Source: an uncultured Gammaproteobacteria bacterium
Lineage (GTDB): Bacteria > Patescibacteriota > Patescibacteriia > Magasanikbacterales > GWA2-37-8
Direction: 5' to 3'
Length of the DNA: 64,000 nt
Assembly (NCBI GenBank): GCA_964444705.1
Contig: CAYUHX010000002.1
Span: forward strand, 22,869-86,868
In this document: in pieces, positions 29,254 to 38,550 of the stretch
Position numbering within the stretch: position 1 is the first letter of the stretch
How the letters are laid out: every line of letters starts with the position of its first letter
Made by a program: the position numbers and the translations under genes
The notes under the pieces: model-generated
The model's input: the letters and a program-made list of their open reading frames with translations, nothing else
What the model was told of the DNA's origin: nothing
Databases searched by the model: none

Positions 29254-29976
29254 ATGTCAGGTCACAGCAAATGGCATAATATTCAAGGGCGAAAAGGCAA
29301 ACAAGATGCGCTTCGCAGCAATTTGTTTACCAAACACGCCAAAGCAATTGCGCTCGCGGCGCGGAAAGGCGGTGTTGATCCAGCGACAAATTTTTCATTG
29401 CGTTTGGCCATTGATCGATCACGTGCCGATGGCATGCCAAAAGACAATATTGAACGCGCGGTGAAACGCGGCGCAGGCGACTCGGGCGAAGCTGAGATGG
29501 AAGAATATATCTACGAAGCGTTTGGCCCGGGTGGGGTGGCAATTATGTTGAAAGCAGTGACCGATAATAAAAATCGGACTATTTCTGATGTGAAACACAT
29601 TATGTCGGTTCATGGTGGCTCGTTTGCCAGTGCGGGCAGTGTGCAATGGATGTTTACAGAGTGCGGTCTTGTGACTATTGGTACAGAGTATTTGGCAAAT
29701 GGGCGCCTCGAGCTTGAGCTCAAACTTATTGAAGCTGGTGCTGAAGATATCACCGATGTTCCAGAAGGGATTGTAGTGAAAAGCAAGGTAGAACACTTGC
29801 AAAAAATACTTCATGAGTTAAAAGAATTGCAGATTACGCCACTGCGTTCGGGAATTGAATGGGTGGCGAAAGATGTGGTGATGGTCGATCAAGAAACCGG
29901 AAAAAAATTAGAAGACTTGTTTGGCGCGCTGGAAGCACATGATGATATTGAAGACTATTTCACAAACGCAGGTTGA
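29254..29976 (+). CDS. yebC: YebC/PmpR-family transcriptional regulator
   Basis: MSGHSKWHNIQGRKGKQDALRSNLFTKHAKAIALAARKGG.DP is the canonical YebC N-terminus. 240 aa. TGA stop. Confidence 0.85.
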   Translation: MSGHSKWHNIQGRKGKQDALRSNLFTKHAKAIALAARKGGVDPATNFSLRLAIDRSRADGMPKDNIERAVKRGAGDSGEAEMEEYIYEAFGPGGVAIMLKAVTDNKNRTISDVKHIMSVHGGSFASAGSVQWMFTECGLVTIGTEYLANGRLELELKLIEAGAEDITDVPEGIVVKSKVEHLQKILHELKELQITPLRSGIEWVAKDVVMVDQETGKKLEDLFGALEAHDDIEDYFTNAG

Positions 29977-30077
29977 ATTTCGTAAAAGAAAATGAGGTGT
30001 GTGTAAATGCTCAGTTGGTTTATTTTACGGAAAAGGATTCTGTTGTTCACGCTGAACAGTAATACTATATTGAATAT

Positions 30078-30656
30078 ATGACAGAAGTTAGGCATCTAGA
30101 AAAAGAAATTACATTTATTGAAGGACCGCATATTTTTTTAGATAAAAAAATTGCTGAAATTGATGAGCGTATTGCGGAGATAAATAGGGTGCTTGCACCT
30201 TGGCGGGCTTCGTTTCCCCAGCATGAGATGTATGAGCAGGATGAGTTGGGTGCTTTGCAGATTAGAAAAGATGTGGGAGAAGGGGTATTGCGGCAAAAAA
30301 GCGCCCTTGAAAAAGTGCAAAAAGAATTAGTGCTGCAACGACAATTGGAAGTCACCAAAAGTTGTCTGCTTGATTTTCAAAACCGCCTAAAGGTTTTAAT
30401 TAAAACGGTTGGTGCGGCGCGAAAAGAAGCGCGAAAAAATATTGTTATTGATTTAATGAAGCAGAAGGGAATTGAAGATGTAAAACTCAATAAGTGGAAG
30501 CATGATTATCTTCGTGATTACGGTCGAGATGGTTTGGATGAGAAAAAATTTTTTGAAGCGAGTCAGTTGACGCAGCTTAGTATTAATCTCATTGTTGAGC
30601 GTATCGAATTGCTTGAAGAACTTGAAAACAGATTAAATGATATGCCGTGGCATTAA
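30078..30656 (+). CDS. hypothetical coiled-coil protein
   Basis: 192 aa, charged and heptad-rich. No recognisable motif. Confidence 0.4.
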   Translation: MTEVRHLEKEITFIEGPHIFLDKKIAEIDERIAEINRVLAPWRASFPQHEMYEQDELGALQIRKDVGEGVLRQKSALEKVQKELVLQRQLEVTKSCLLDFQNRLKVLIKTVGAARKEARKNIVIDLMKQKGIEDVKLNKWKHDYLRDYGRDGLDEKKFFEASQLTQLSINLIVERIELLEELENRLNDMPWH

Positions 30657-30659
30657 TTC

Positions 30660-31175
30660 ATGTCTATGAAATCAGCTGCAACTGTTTCTATTCTTGGCAT
30701 TGATCCTGGTTTTGGGCGAATTGGCTATGGAGTGGTGGTGCAAAAAAAAGGAAAAGAATGGCAAGCGCTTGATTATGGATGTATAGAAACTAATCCGCGT
30801 GATTCTTTTTTAGAGCGTCTGGCTGAAATGCATCGTGAGATCACTAGGCTCATTGAGACATATCGGCCAGAGCGTTTGGCGGTGGAAGAATTATTTTTTT
30901 TTAAAAATGCAAAAACCGCCATTCAGGTGGCGCAAGCACGTGGTGTCATTTTGCTTACCGGTATTCAAAATGGACTTGAGGTTGATGAATTTACTCCACT
31001 TGAAGTGAAACAGGCCATCACCGGTTATGGCCGTGCTGAAAAAGCACAAATGCAAAAAATGGTTGCGGCTATTCTTGGAATTAAAGAGAAAATCACCTCT
31101 GATGACGCCGCAGATGCGCTGGCGATTGCACTTTGCGCCGGGCAAAGTTTGTGGGTAAAAAATCTTAGATCTTAA
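30660..31175 (+). CDS. ruvC: crossover junction endodeoxyribonuclease RuvC
   Basis: ILGIDPGFGRIGYGVV N-terminus (catalytic Asp), ...VEELFF, and C-terminal DDAADALAIALC. Confidence 0.85.
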   Translation: MSMKSAATVSILGIDPGFGRIGYGVVVQKKGKEWQALDYGCIETNPRDSFLERLAEMHREITRLIETYRPERLAVEELFFFKNAKTAIQVAQARGVILLTGIQNGLEVDEFTPLEVKQAITGYGRAEKAQMQKMVAAILGIKEKITSDDAADALAIALCAGQSLWVKNLRS

Positions 31176-31181
31176 TTCGCT

Positions 31182-31652
31182 ATGGCTGAAAGAAAAATAG
31201 TACTCGTAGTTCCCAATGTACGGAGTGGGCATAATGTTGGGGCGATGCTTCGCACTGCCGATGGTGCTGGTGTAGCTAAAGTCTATCTTACAGGGTACTC
31301 TCCGTGCCCGCCGCATCCGCAGGTTGATAAAGTGTCGCTTGGTGCTGAAAAATTTGTTCATTGGGAGCATTGCCATCAAACAGGGCCACTGCTTAAAAAA
31401 TTAAAAAAAGAGGGCTATACAATAGTTGCCTTGGAACAAACAAAGAACAGTGTTAGTATATATGAATGGAAACCAACTTTTCCTTTGGCCTTGGTGGTAG
31501 GAAATGAAAAAACGGGTGTGACAAAATCGTTGCGTTCGTTGTGTGATGTGATAGTTGATTTGCCTATGAGAGGAAAGAAAAATAGTTTAAATGTAAGTGT
31601 GGCCGCCGGTATCGCTTTATATCAACTGTCTTTTGCGCCATCTTTTTCGTGA
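31182..31652 (+). CDS. TrmH/SpoU-family (SPOUT) RNA 2'-O-methyltransferase
   Basis: LVVPNVRSGHNVGAMLRTADGAGV ... ALVVGNEKTGV ... SLNVSVAAGIALYQL are SpoU motifs 1-3. Confidence 0.7.
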   Translation: MAERKIVLVVPNVRSGHNVGAMLRTADGAGVAKVYLTGYSPCPPHPQVDKVSLGAEKFVHWEHCHQTGPLLKKLKKEGYTIVALEQTKNSVSIYEWKPTFPLALVVGNEKTGVTKSLRSLCDVIVDLPMRGKKNSLNVSVAAGIALYQLSFAPSFS

Positions 31653-32395
31653 ATTATTATTTTGAATCACGTATGCAGTCAACTATTGCGCTTTTTCGTC
31701 ACCTTTATAAAAACATTCCACCGCTTTTTCCTAAAGAGATGAGTGAGAAAATGGCTCATGCGCTTTCTCATTTAGAGAAAGATCAGACCGTCACACTCGA
31801 TGAAATTGAAGACACTATGATTGCTTTTGGGTACGAAGTATGGCCATGGAATCAAGCGTATAAAGAGTTTGTGGCTGCCGCAGAAACGCAAATTGGTGAA
31901 CACTCACTTTTGCCCAGGCTGTCGTTGCCGCTGCAAAAAAAATATCATGATTTTAAATCATTTGGTGGTTCACTTCGTGATTTGCATTCGGGTCGGCCGG
32001 CTGATTATTTTTCTCCAGAAGATCGAGTTGAGTTGTGTGAAGCATTGGTTGAAATGCAAATTGATTTGCGTCAGTATGCAAAGCAAGAAGTGTGTGGTGT
32101 GAGTAAACAAAAATATCTAAAACGTGTAGCAGAGTTTACCACGCTTTTGCAAGATATTAAAAAAAATTTAGATTCCATGCGCCAGCTTGCGGGCAAGGAA
32201 CAAGATCATCCTACACTCGCCGATGAAATTCGAGCACGCGTACGCGGTTTTGAACACGGGCTTTGTTTGCTTGGACCAGAGCTTGAATATCATGCGGTCT
32301 GCAACTCACTTGAATTTTTTCACGGCCGCAAACAAGAGATGAACAGAATGAAAGGAATTAACGAGCCGTTGCAGGTTGATTTTTATAATGAATAG
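31649..32395 (+). CDS. hypothetical protein
   Basis: 248-aa ORF overlapping the upstream stop by 4 nt (ATGA). No recognisable motif. Confidence 0.4.
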   Translation: MNYYFESRMQSTIALFRHLYKNIPPLFPKEMSEKMAHALSHLEKDQTVTLDEIEDTMIAFGYEVWPWNQAYKEFVAAAETQIGEHSLLPRLSLPLQKKYHDFKSFGGSLRDLHSGRPADYFSPEDRVELCEALVEMQIDLRQYAKQEVCGVSKQKYLKRVAEFTTLLQDIKKNLDSMRQLAGKEQDHPTLADEIRARVRGFEHGLCLLGPELEYHAVCNSLEFFHGRKQEMNRMKGINEPLQVDFYNE

Positions 32396-32491
32396 TCAGA
32401 AGTAAAAATATTCGTTTTAAAAAAATAAAAATAGGAGTTCTTTTCAAAATTAACCACCAAAGTTAGCTGGCACAAAAAAAGGAGAGTAATC

Positions 32492-32980
32492 ATGTTTCAA
32501 ACGATGCTGAGAGCGGACATTCTTCTTTTGGAAATCGAGGCTGAAGCTGATCCGCGGCGACGGAAGGCACGTGTGCTTTCGCAGCCTGAGGGTGCGGTGC
32601 AGCGCTTGGTCAACGCGCTCGCACCCGGGTCGTACAGTTGCCCACACAGGTTTCGCGGCACTCAGACAATCGCCTGCCTCAACGGCCGGCTCGCGGCGAT
32701 CCTATGGGACGCCGAGGGTGTTCAGGATGGTGTGGTAAAACTAGAAAAAGGTGATGTGCTGGATTTAATCGAGCCGGCGCCCTACCACGCGCTCGTGGCC
32801 TACGACGGCCCGGTGACGATCTTGGAGACGCTGACAGGTCCGTATCGGCTGGAAAACCGCGAGGATTTGCCTGGATTCCCTGTTGAGGTGGGAAAGCCCG
32901 GAGGCGCTTTTGACGAAGAAATTCGTCGGCAGGAAATGCTCAGGGTGTGGGTACAGAAAATCAAGGAATATTCTAGGTAA
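32492..32980 (+). CDS. GC-richer small cupin-like hypothetical protein (possibly WbuC-like)
   Basis: 162 aa with beta-rich composition. Strong SD AAAGGAGAG 6 nt upstream. Local GC about 58%. Confidence 0.4.
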   Translation: MFQTMLRADILLLEIEAEADPRRRKARVLSQPEGAVQRLVNALAPGSYSCPHRFRGTQTIACLNGRLAAILWDAEGVQDGVVKLEKGDVLDLIEPAPYHALVAYDGPVTILETLTGPYRLENREDLPGFPVEVGKPGGAFDEEIRRQEMLRVWVQKIKEYSR

Positions 32981-33060
32981 ACAGGAAGGTTTTTTAGTTC
33001 CTTCTAGTTCGCTAGGAAATTTCCTCTTACCGCGCATCGCGCACACGATCGCGGTCATAC

Positions 33061-33092
33061 AAAAACAGTTCTAAATTAAAAGAACTGTTTTT
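33061..33092. terminator. bidirectional Rho-independent terminator
   Basis: aaaaacagttct-aaattaaa-agaactgttttt 12-bp perfect stem between the convergent cupin (+) and PfkB (-) genes. Confidence 0.55.
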
Positions 33093-33165
33093 GTATAGTG
33101 TGTTTAAATTATTTGGTGAAACGGTGTTAAAATGAGTATTGTGGCAATGAATGCGCGCACCTTCG

Positions 33166-34152
33166 TTATATTTTTTGTGGGCGCTGGCTTTCAAACTCGC
33201 GAATGATCTCGGTAATTCCACTGAGATTTTGGAGTCCGCCATGTGGGCCATGTTTTTGAATAACGCTTGAGCTGTTTGCAATACCCCATTCTAGTGCTTC
33301 AGAAATGTGTTTGCCGTAAAAACGTGCCGCCAGATAACCTGAAGAAAACGCATCACCTGCACCAGTTTTAGAAATGGGAGTGACTGGATAGGCGGGTAAA
33401 TGCCACAACTCTTCTTTTGTGCCCGCCCAGGCACCCCGGGCTGCATCGGTCAACGCGACTTCTTTGGCGCCCAGTGAGAAGAGTCGGTGGAAGAGGCTGG
33501 AAATTGTTTTTTCATTAGACAAAGTTGTTGCAACGATTTTTTCAGCCTCTTCTAAGTTAAGAACCAAGAGATGGGTATGTTGAATTATTTCTTGGAGCGC
33601 GGGTAGAGCGTGCTTTAGCATGTACGAACCTGGGTTAACACCGAGGCGAATTTCAGGATGTTTGGCGAGATGTTCGAGTAATTTTTCTTGCACCGTTTCG
33701 TAGCCTTGGCTAAGGCCGGTGTAGTAGATCCAACCAATGCCAGGGAGAGTGGTTGGCCATAGATATTTTTTTTCATCAGAATAGGAAAGAATGGTGCGCT
33801 CCCCACGATAGTTGAGCACAATGGAATACCGGCTTTGGTGCTGCGGATCAAAACTGATAAGCGAGGTATCAACGCCATGATGTTTTAATTCATGGAGGGC
33901 AATTGATCCGTTGGTATCTTCTCCGACGGTGCTCAGAATTCCGGTGGAAAGCCCAAGCCTGCGCGCGCCAATAGCTACATTGGCTGCGTTACCACCAAGT
34001 GATTGAAAACTATCGGTGATCGCAATTTTTTCACCATATGCCAAACAAAGCTGGTTACGTGTTCCGGGCACCACCTGGCAATCTGTGCATGCTTCATCAA
34101 TTTGCACATGCGTATCGATGATGGGATCACCAATGGTGAGAAGATCAAACAT
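33166..34152 (-). CDS. PfkB-family carbohydrate/nucleoside kinase (ribokinase-like)
   Basis: N-terminal GG dipeptide region (SLGGNAANVA) and the C-terminal signature GAGDAFSSGYLAA. Confidence 0.75.
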   Translation of the reverse strand: MFDLLTIGDPIIDTHVQIDEACTDCQVVPGTRNQLCLAYGEKIAITDSFQSLGGNAANVAIGARRLGLSTGILSTVGEDTNGSIALHELKHHGVDTSLISFDPQHQSRYSIVLNYRGERTILSYSDEKKYLWPTTLPGIGWIYYTGLSQGYETVQEKLLEHLAKHPEIRLGVNPGSYMLKHALPALQEIIQHTHLLVLNLEEAEKIVATTLSNEKTISSLFHRLFSLGAKEVALTDAARGAWAGTKEELWHLPAYPVTPISKTGAGDAFSSGYLAARFYGKHISEALEWGIANSSSVIQKHGPHGGLQNLSGITEIIREFESQRPQKI

Positions 34153-34158
34153 AGTACG

Positions 34159-34497
34159 TTATTTTTTTTCAGGAGTGTATAATTTTCCTTTGGGATTTTT
34201 CACCACATCAGAAGGAAAACAGACATGGTGGTGTCGTCCGGTAAGAATTTGAATAAGTTCAAATAAGCTGGCAAGCACGAGGCCGCCCATAGCGAGCATA
34301 AAAATGGCATTATTAATCCAAAGCGCGTATCCAAAAAGACATGATCCGCCGACAATAAAAACTAAATCTTGACGTCGTTCTGCTTCTAAAAAAACTGCAT
34401 AGATGATAAGCAGCGCGCCAAGGAATGCAATAACTGTGGCAATGATTTGGCTAAGCGGCCAAGTGACTGCGGGTAGAAGAGTAAAAAGTGATGACAT
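34159..34497 (-). CDS. small 3-TM membrane protein (paralog A)
   Basis: 112 aa. Shares TM1 - (V/F)xGGxCLxxYxxxL - TM architecture with the next ORF. Confidence 0.4.
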   Translation of the reverse strand: MSSLFTLLPAVTWPLSQIIATVIAFLGALLIIYAVFLEAERRQDLVFIVGGSCLFGYALWINNAIFMLAMGGLVLASLFELIQILTGRHHHVCFPSDVVKNPKGKLYTPEKK

Positions 34498-34514
34498 ACT
34501 GTTTGGTTTAAAAT

Positions 34515-34778
34515 TTAAGATTTAAATGTGTGCTGAGGAGTAGTGGGTTCGTGTGTTCTATTTTTACCTCGAGTGTGCGCTATTTCGTAAAGACTCGAAA
34601 TAATAAACACAATTTGGAGAGGAATAAAGATGGGATCACGAAGGTATATGCTGTATATTAGCAAACACACACCGCCGGCCACAAAGATTTCATCGCGTTT
34701 GGTGGCTTTTTTTACCGAGACGCCGTAAGAGATGAGAAGAAGGCCGAGAATGGCGATGATTTTTAGTAGGTAGGTCAT
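34515..34778 (-). CDS. small 3-TM membrane protein (paralog B; LAB_N/SemiSWEET-like size)
   Basis: 87 aa. FVAGGVCLLIYSIYL motif is paralogous to FIVGGSCLFGYALWI in the neighbour. Confidence 0.4.
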   Translation of the reverse strand: MTYLLKIIAILGLLLISYGVSVKKATKRDEIFVAGGVCLLIYSIYLRDPIFIPLQIVFIISSLYEIAHTRGKNRTHEPTTPQHTFKS

Positions 34779-34852
34779 ATTGTTTTATAACTCATGATAC
34801 AGATCGCACGACTCATAACCCGTGCGTCAGGTTAGTTGAGTCGTGATTTGTG

Positions 34853-35797
34853 TTAAGGCTTCCACAAGTTAATATATTCAATCGCAGCTAATGCCGCAAC
34901 AATGCCCTGGCCGGTGGCAATGCCAATTTGTTTGTAGGGAATGTCCGTGACATCGCCAGCGGCAAAAATGCCGGGCACATTGGTACGGCAGCGGCTATCA
35001 ACCATCAGCTGCCCTTGGGCGTCTTTGGTGAGAAGTGTTGCAAATTGTGAGTTGGGAATCATGCCTATGTGCACCATTACTCCATCAACGGCGAGTTCTT
35101 TGGTTTCACCACCAGCAATACATTTGAGGCCAGTAACTTTTTTATCTCCCAGAATTTCGAGTGTTTTTGCTTCGTAGAGAATTTCTAAGTTTGGATATGT
35201 TTTTAATTTTTCGACTAAAATATTTTCGCCTTTGGGAAAACCCCAGGCCGCTTCTTTGGTGTTTGGGTATTTGGTGAGGAGATATACTTTTTGTGCGATT
35301 CCCACCATCATGAGTGCGGATTCAAGGGCACTATTACCCGCACCAATGGTGGCTGTGGTTTTGTTTCGAAAAAGTGGCCCGTCGCACACGGTGCATGTGG
35401 TAACACCTTTGCGAAGAAGTGATTCTTCGCCCGGCACACCAAGATGTTTGGGGTGAATGCCACTGCCAATGATCACTGCTTTTGTTTCGTAGGTTTTAAT
35501 TTCTCCGTTGCTGTTTTGCGCCGTGACTACATGATAATTTTTTTCTGGAGTGATACTAGTCACTTCTAATCCTTCTTCAATGTCGGCGCCATACGATCGC
35601 ACATGTTCGGTAAATTTTTGTGCCAATTCAAAACCTTGGATAGACAAAATGCCTGGCCAGTTGCCCACTTCACCCGAGAGAGCTACTTCACCACCGAGGT
35701 CTTTGGTGATTATTTTAAAATTAAGTCGTCGGCGGGCTGCATAAATTGCTGCGCTCGAGCCAACCGCCGCGCCGCCGATAATGATAAGATCAAGCAT
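34853..35797 (-). CDS. trxB: thioredoxin-disulfide reductase
   Basis: FAD site IIGGAAVGSSAAIYAARR, redox CTVCDG (CxxC), NAD(P) site GAGNSALE, and C-terminal GIFAAGDV. Confidence 0.85.
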   Translation of the reverse strand: MLDLIIIGGAAVGSSAAIYAARRRLNFKIITKDLGGEVALSGEVGNWPGILSIQGFELAQKFTEHVRSYGADIEEGLEVTSITPEKNYHVVTAQNSNGEIKTYETKAVIIGSGIHPKHLGVPGEESLLRKGVTTCTVCDGPLFRNKTTATIGAGNSALESALMMVGIAQKVYLLTKYPNTKEAAWGFPKGENILVEKLKTYPNLEILYEAKTLEILGDKKVTGLKCIAGGETKELAVDGVMVHIGMIPNSQFATLLTKDAQGQLMVDSRCRTNVPGIFAAGDVTDIPYKQIGIATGQGIVAALAAIEYINLWKP

Positions 35798-35839
35798 AAA
35801 ATTATTTCAGATTGAAAATTAAAAATAAAAAAGTATTTT

Positions 35840-36478
35840 TTAATTTTTAATTTTAGATCTTAAATCGTTGTGTGCTTTTTTTACATCTGGCATCCAAGTG
35901 AGGGCACTGCCCACGTTGGCAATGTCGACACCCCACGAATTGATAAGACGAATAGTGTCTGGTTTTACGCCACCATCGAGAGCGCAAAGTGGTCGATTGG
36001 TGCGCGTGGTAAACGTTTTAATTTTTTCACCCACTTCGGGTAAAAAAGGTGCACCATTTTTGCCAGGATGCACCGCCATGCACATGAGCACATCAACGCC
36101 TGACAGAAATGGTTCGGCGGCGCTGATGGGTGTTTCGGGGTTTAAGACGAGACCGGTGTGCCAGCCTTTCTTTCGGGCAGCCGCAAGGCTTTCGGCCAGA
36201 TTGTCTTTGGCTTCGGCATGGATGAGTGCACGAAAGACGCCATGAACTTTTGCCCATGCTTCAATTGCGAGAATGGGGTGATTCACCATAAGGTGCAATT
36301 CCCATTGTAACGTTGTGGCGATCTCATTTATTTTTTCAATATCAACAAACGATCGGCTGGGAACAAATTCTCCGTCCATCACGTCGATGTGTGCATAGGG
36401 AAAAAGTCCGTCAATTTTGTGGACGGCAATTTTAAAATCAGCAAATGTGGTGGCTAAAATCGTGGGAATTATGTTCAT
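35840..36478 (-). CDS. rpe: ribulose-phosphate 3-epimerase
   Basis: PTILATTFADF...HIDVMDGEFVP...HLMV...GLVLNP...VLMCMAVHPG..GAPF are canonical RPE motifs. Confidence 0.8.
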   Translation of the reverse strand: MNIIPTILATTFADFKIAVHKIDGLFPYAHIDVMDGEFVPSRSFVDIEKINEIATTLQWELHLMVNHPILAIEAWAKVHGVFRALIHAEAKDNLAESLAAARKKGWHTGLVLNPETPISAAEPFLSGVDVLMCMAVHPGKNGAPFLPEVGEKIKTFTTRTNRPLCALDGGVKPDTIRLINSWGVDIANVGSALTWMPDVKKAHNDLRSKIKN

Positions 36479-36486
36479 ACACGAAA

Positions 36487-36924
36487 CTATTCGATGGCGG
36501 CGATTTTATCTATCCGGCGTTGATGTCGGCCGCCGTCAAAAGCAGTTTCGAGGAATTTTTTGACAATGGCAATGGCATGTTCTTCTGAAATAACGTCTGC
36601 TGCCAGGCAAAGCACGTTGATGTTGTTGTCACGCCGAGCAAATTCGGCCGCCTCAATGCTGTACCCAAGGCCAGCGCGAATACCTTTTACCTTATTGGCG
36701 GCAATGCAGGTGCCATTGCCCATACTGCAAATGACAATGCCGCGATTTTCTGTTTTTTCGGCTACTTTTTGAGCGAGGGGAATGGCAAAATCGGGATAAT
36801 CATCTTCTTTGTTATATTCTGTTGGGCCAAGGTCAATGGCTGGCTGTTTCGTTTGTTTTTCTAAAAATCGGAGAAGATATTTTTTGAGTTGGTAGCCGCC
36901 GTGATCTGAGGCGAGGTAGAGCAT
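36487..36924 (-). CDS. rpiB: ribose-5-phosphate isomerase B
   Basis: LASDHGGYQLK..., GIVICSMGNGTCIAANKVKGIRA (RpiB/LacAB signature). 145 aa. Confidence 0.85.
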   Translation of the reverse strand: MLYLASDHGGYQLKKYLLRFLEKQTKQPAIDLGPTEYNKEDDYPDFAIPLAQKVAEKTENRGIVICSMGNGTCIAANKVKGIRAGLGYSIEAAEFARRDNNINVLCLAADVISEEHAIAIVKKFLETAFDGGRHQRRIDKIAAIE

Positions 36925-36933
36925 AGGTGTTAT

Positions 36934-37311
36934 TTAAGCTTGGGTATTGAGGTAGGCCTTCAACGCATCTTCAAGTCGACTTGTTTGTGGTGAAAAAAGA
37001 CGTATCCCGTTAACTGTAGTCGTTGGTCCTTCCGCGTGTACTTTTTCGTCCATACTTGGCCAGCTGGCGTTATCTTTAATTTGTTTTAATAGATCGGCTG
37101 CGACACTACCATTTAACTCAGGAAGAGGTATGCCCAGATTATCTATGACTGTTTTTAATTTTTCGATTGGATCAAGTGGGGCGAAATCACCGGTTTGAGA
37201 CATTCTTTCGCTCATAGAGTTTAAATTAGAGTAATTAATAGTTAAATTATAGCTTACTTTAGGGAATTTGTGAATATGTGTGTTACATGACAGAAAACAA
37301 AAACCGCCCAC
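36934..37311 (-). CDS. hypothetical protein
   Basis: 125-aa ORF. An internal Met at MSERMSQ may be the true start. No recognisable motif. Confidence 0.35.
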   Translation of the reverse strand: MGGFCFLSCNTHIHKFPKVSYNLTINYSNLNSMSERMSQTGDFAPLDPIEKLKTVIDNLGIPLPELNGSVAADLLKQIKDNASWPSMDEKVHAEGPTTTVNGIRLFSPQTSRLEDALKAYLNTQA

Positions 37312-37402
37312 GTCTCCTGCGCCGAGCGGCGAGAAATCTCGTCGCCACGCGTAGGGGTGTGGGCGGGGTTTGTGCGTGCGGCAACTTGGTGGGCAGCAGC
37401 CT

Positions 37403-38362
37403 CTATGGGGTTACCTCAAAGCGGTCTCGGGTGGTGGTGCCACGATCAAAGAATACTTCCTTGGCTGTAACCTCCACGTTGCCATTCGGCAAAAATTCAA
37501 CTAGCGCATAGCCGTTGAAGGGGTTTTCCCATCCTTCATGGAAGGCCGCACCGCCGTTGCCCACTATCACATCGCGGTAGTGTCCGCGGACGAGCGTATT
37601 CTTCACATGCTCATATTTGTGATCATGGCCGGCGAAGTACAGAGTGATGTTGTGCCGCTGCAGAATAGCTTTAATTTCCGCTTCGATCCACGGAGTGGTT
37701 CCGTGGGAGTCGAAGTACTGATGGCGGAGCACGAACGTGTATTCCGTGGGGATGGCCATCACGGTTTTGAGCCACTTGGCCTGAAGACGATCTTTGTCGC
37801 CCTTCCAGACGTCCGTGGCGATCGAGACGAATTTCGCCCGTCGGCCCTGTTCGTCCTCGATGAGGAACCACCAGTAGTATGGCGCCTCCTCGCCAAGCAT
37901 CCGCATTACCTGGAGACAGGGGAATTCGTGATTGCCGAGCGTGGTATGGATGGGGGCCTTGAGGTGGGCGCGGGCGGCGAGAAGGATGTTGACCTGGGCG
38001 GCGATGGTGTCGGCCGGGCATCCTCGATCAACGTACACTTGGTCGCCGGTGTCCCCAACAACCACCGCCTCATCCTCGTCGATGGCCTTGAAAATCGCTT
38101 CCACGACCTTTGCTGGATAGGAATTGATTTCATTTTTTTTTGGCGGCCGATGATCGCCCGTGATGGCGAACCGCGTCCTTGCTAGCCGTTTGACCTTGAT
38201 GGTCGGCTTTTGATGGAGGGGTGCCATCCCCAGGATGGCCGAGGCAGTGTGGGGCACGATGTCAGTGGCCAGCTGGGTCGCCGTTTCCTGGTTGCAGGCC
38301 GTGAGGCAGCTGAGGATGACGATGATTCCGAAAATTTTCACGTTGCCACTGTTCATACGCAT
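37403..38362 (-). CDS. secreted (lipoprotein) calcineurin-like metallophosphoesterase, GC-rich
   Basis: Signal/lipobox ILSCLTAC. Metallophosphoesterase motifs GDTGDQ, GNHEF and AGHDHKYEH. About 60% GC. A strong terminator hairpin lies 3' of the gene on the minus strand (37304..37365 + TTTTTGTTTTC). Confidence 0.65.
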   Translation of the reverse strand: MRMNSGNVKIFGIIVILSCLTACNQETATQLATDIVPHTASAILGMAPLHQKPTIKVKRLARTRFAITGDHRPPKKNEINSYPAKVVEAIFKAIDEDEAVVVGDTGDQVYVDRGCPADTIAAQVNILLAARAHLKAPIHTTLGNHEFPCLQVMRMLGEEAPYYWWFLIEDEQGRRAKFVSIATDVWKGDKDRLQAKWLKTVMAIPTEYTFVLRHQYFDSHGTTPWIEAEIKAILQRHNITLYFAGHDHKYEHVKNTLVRGHYRDVIVGNGGAAFHEGWENPFNGYALVEFLPNGNVEVTAKEVFFDRGTTTRDRFEVTP

Positions 38363-38550
38363 GGGCTACTCCTGTGCGAGTGGTTTTAAAGGGCGAATGT
38401 TCCCAACTGAGAGGAACAGATGACTCTATCAAATACAAGGCTGTTCAGCAAGTTTTAAATTTAAAAAACCAGATGCAGCCTTTCAACTCAAATTGCATTG
38501 AGACGAAGGGCTAGGGCATCTGGTTTTGTGGCGGAAAGATGTGCTGGACT

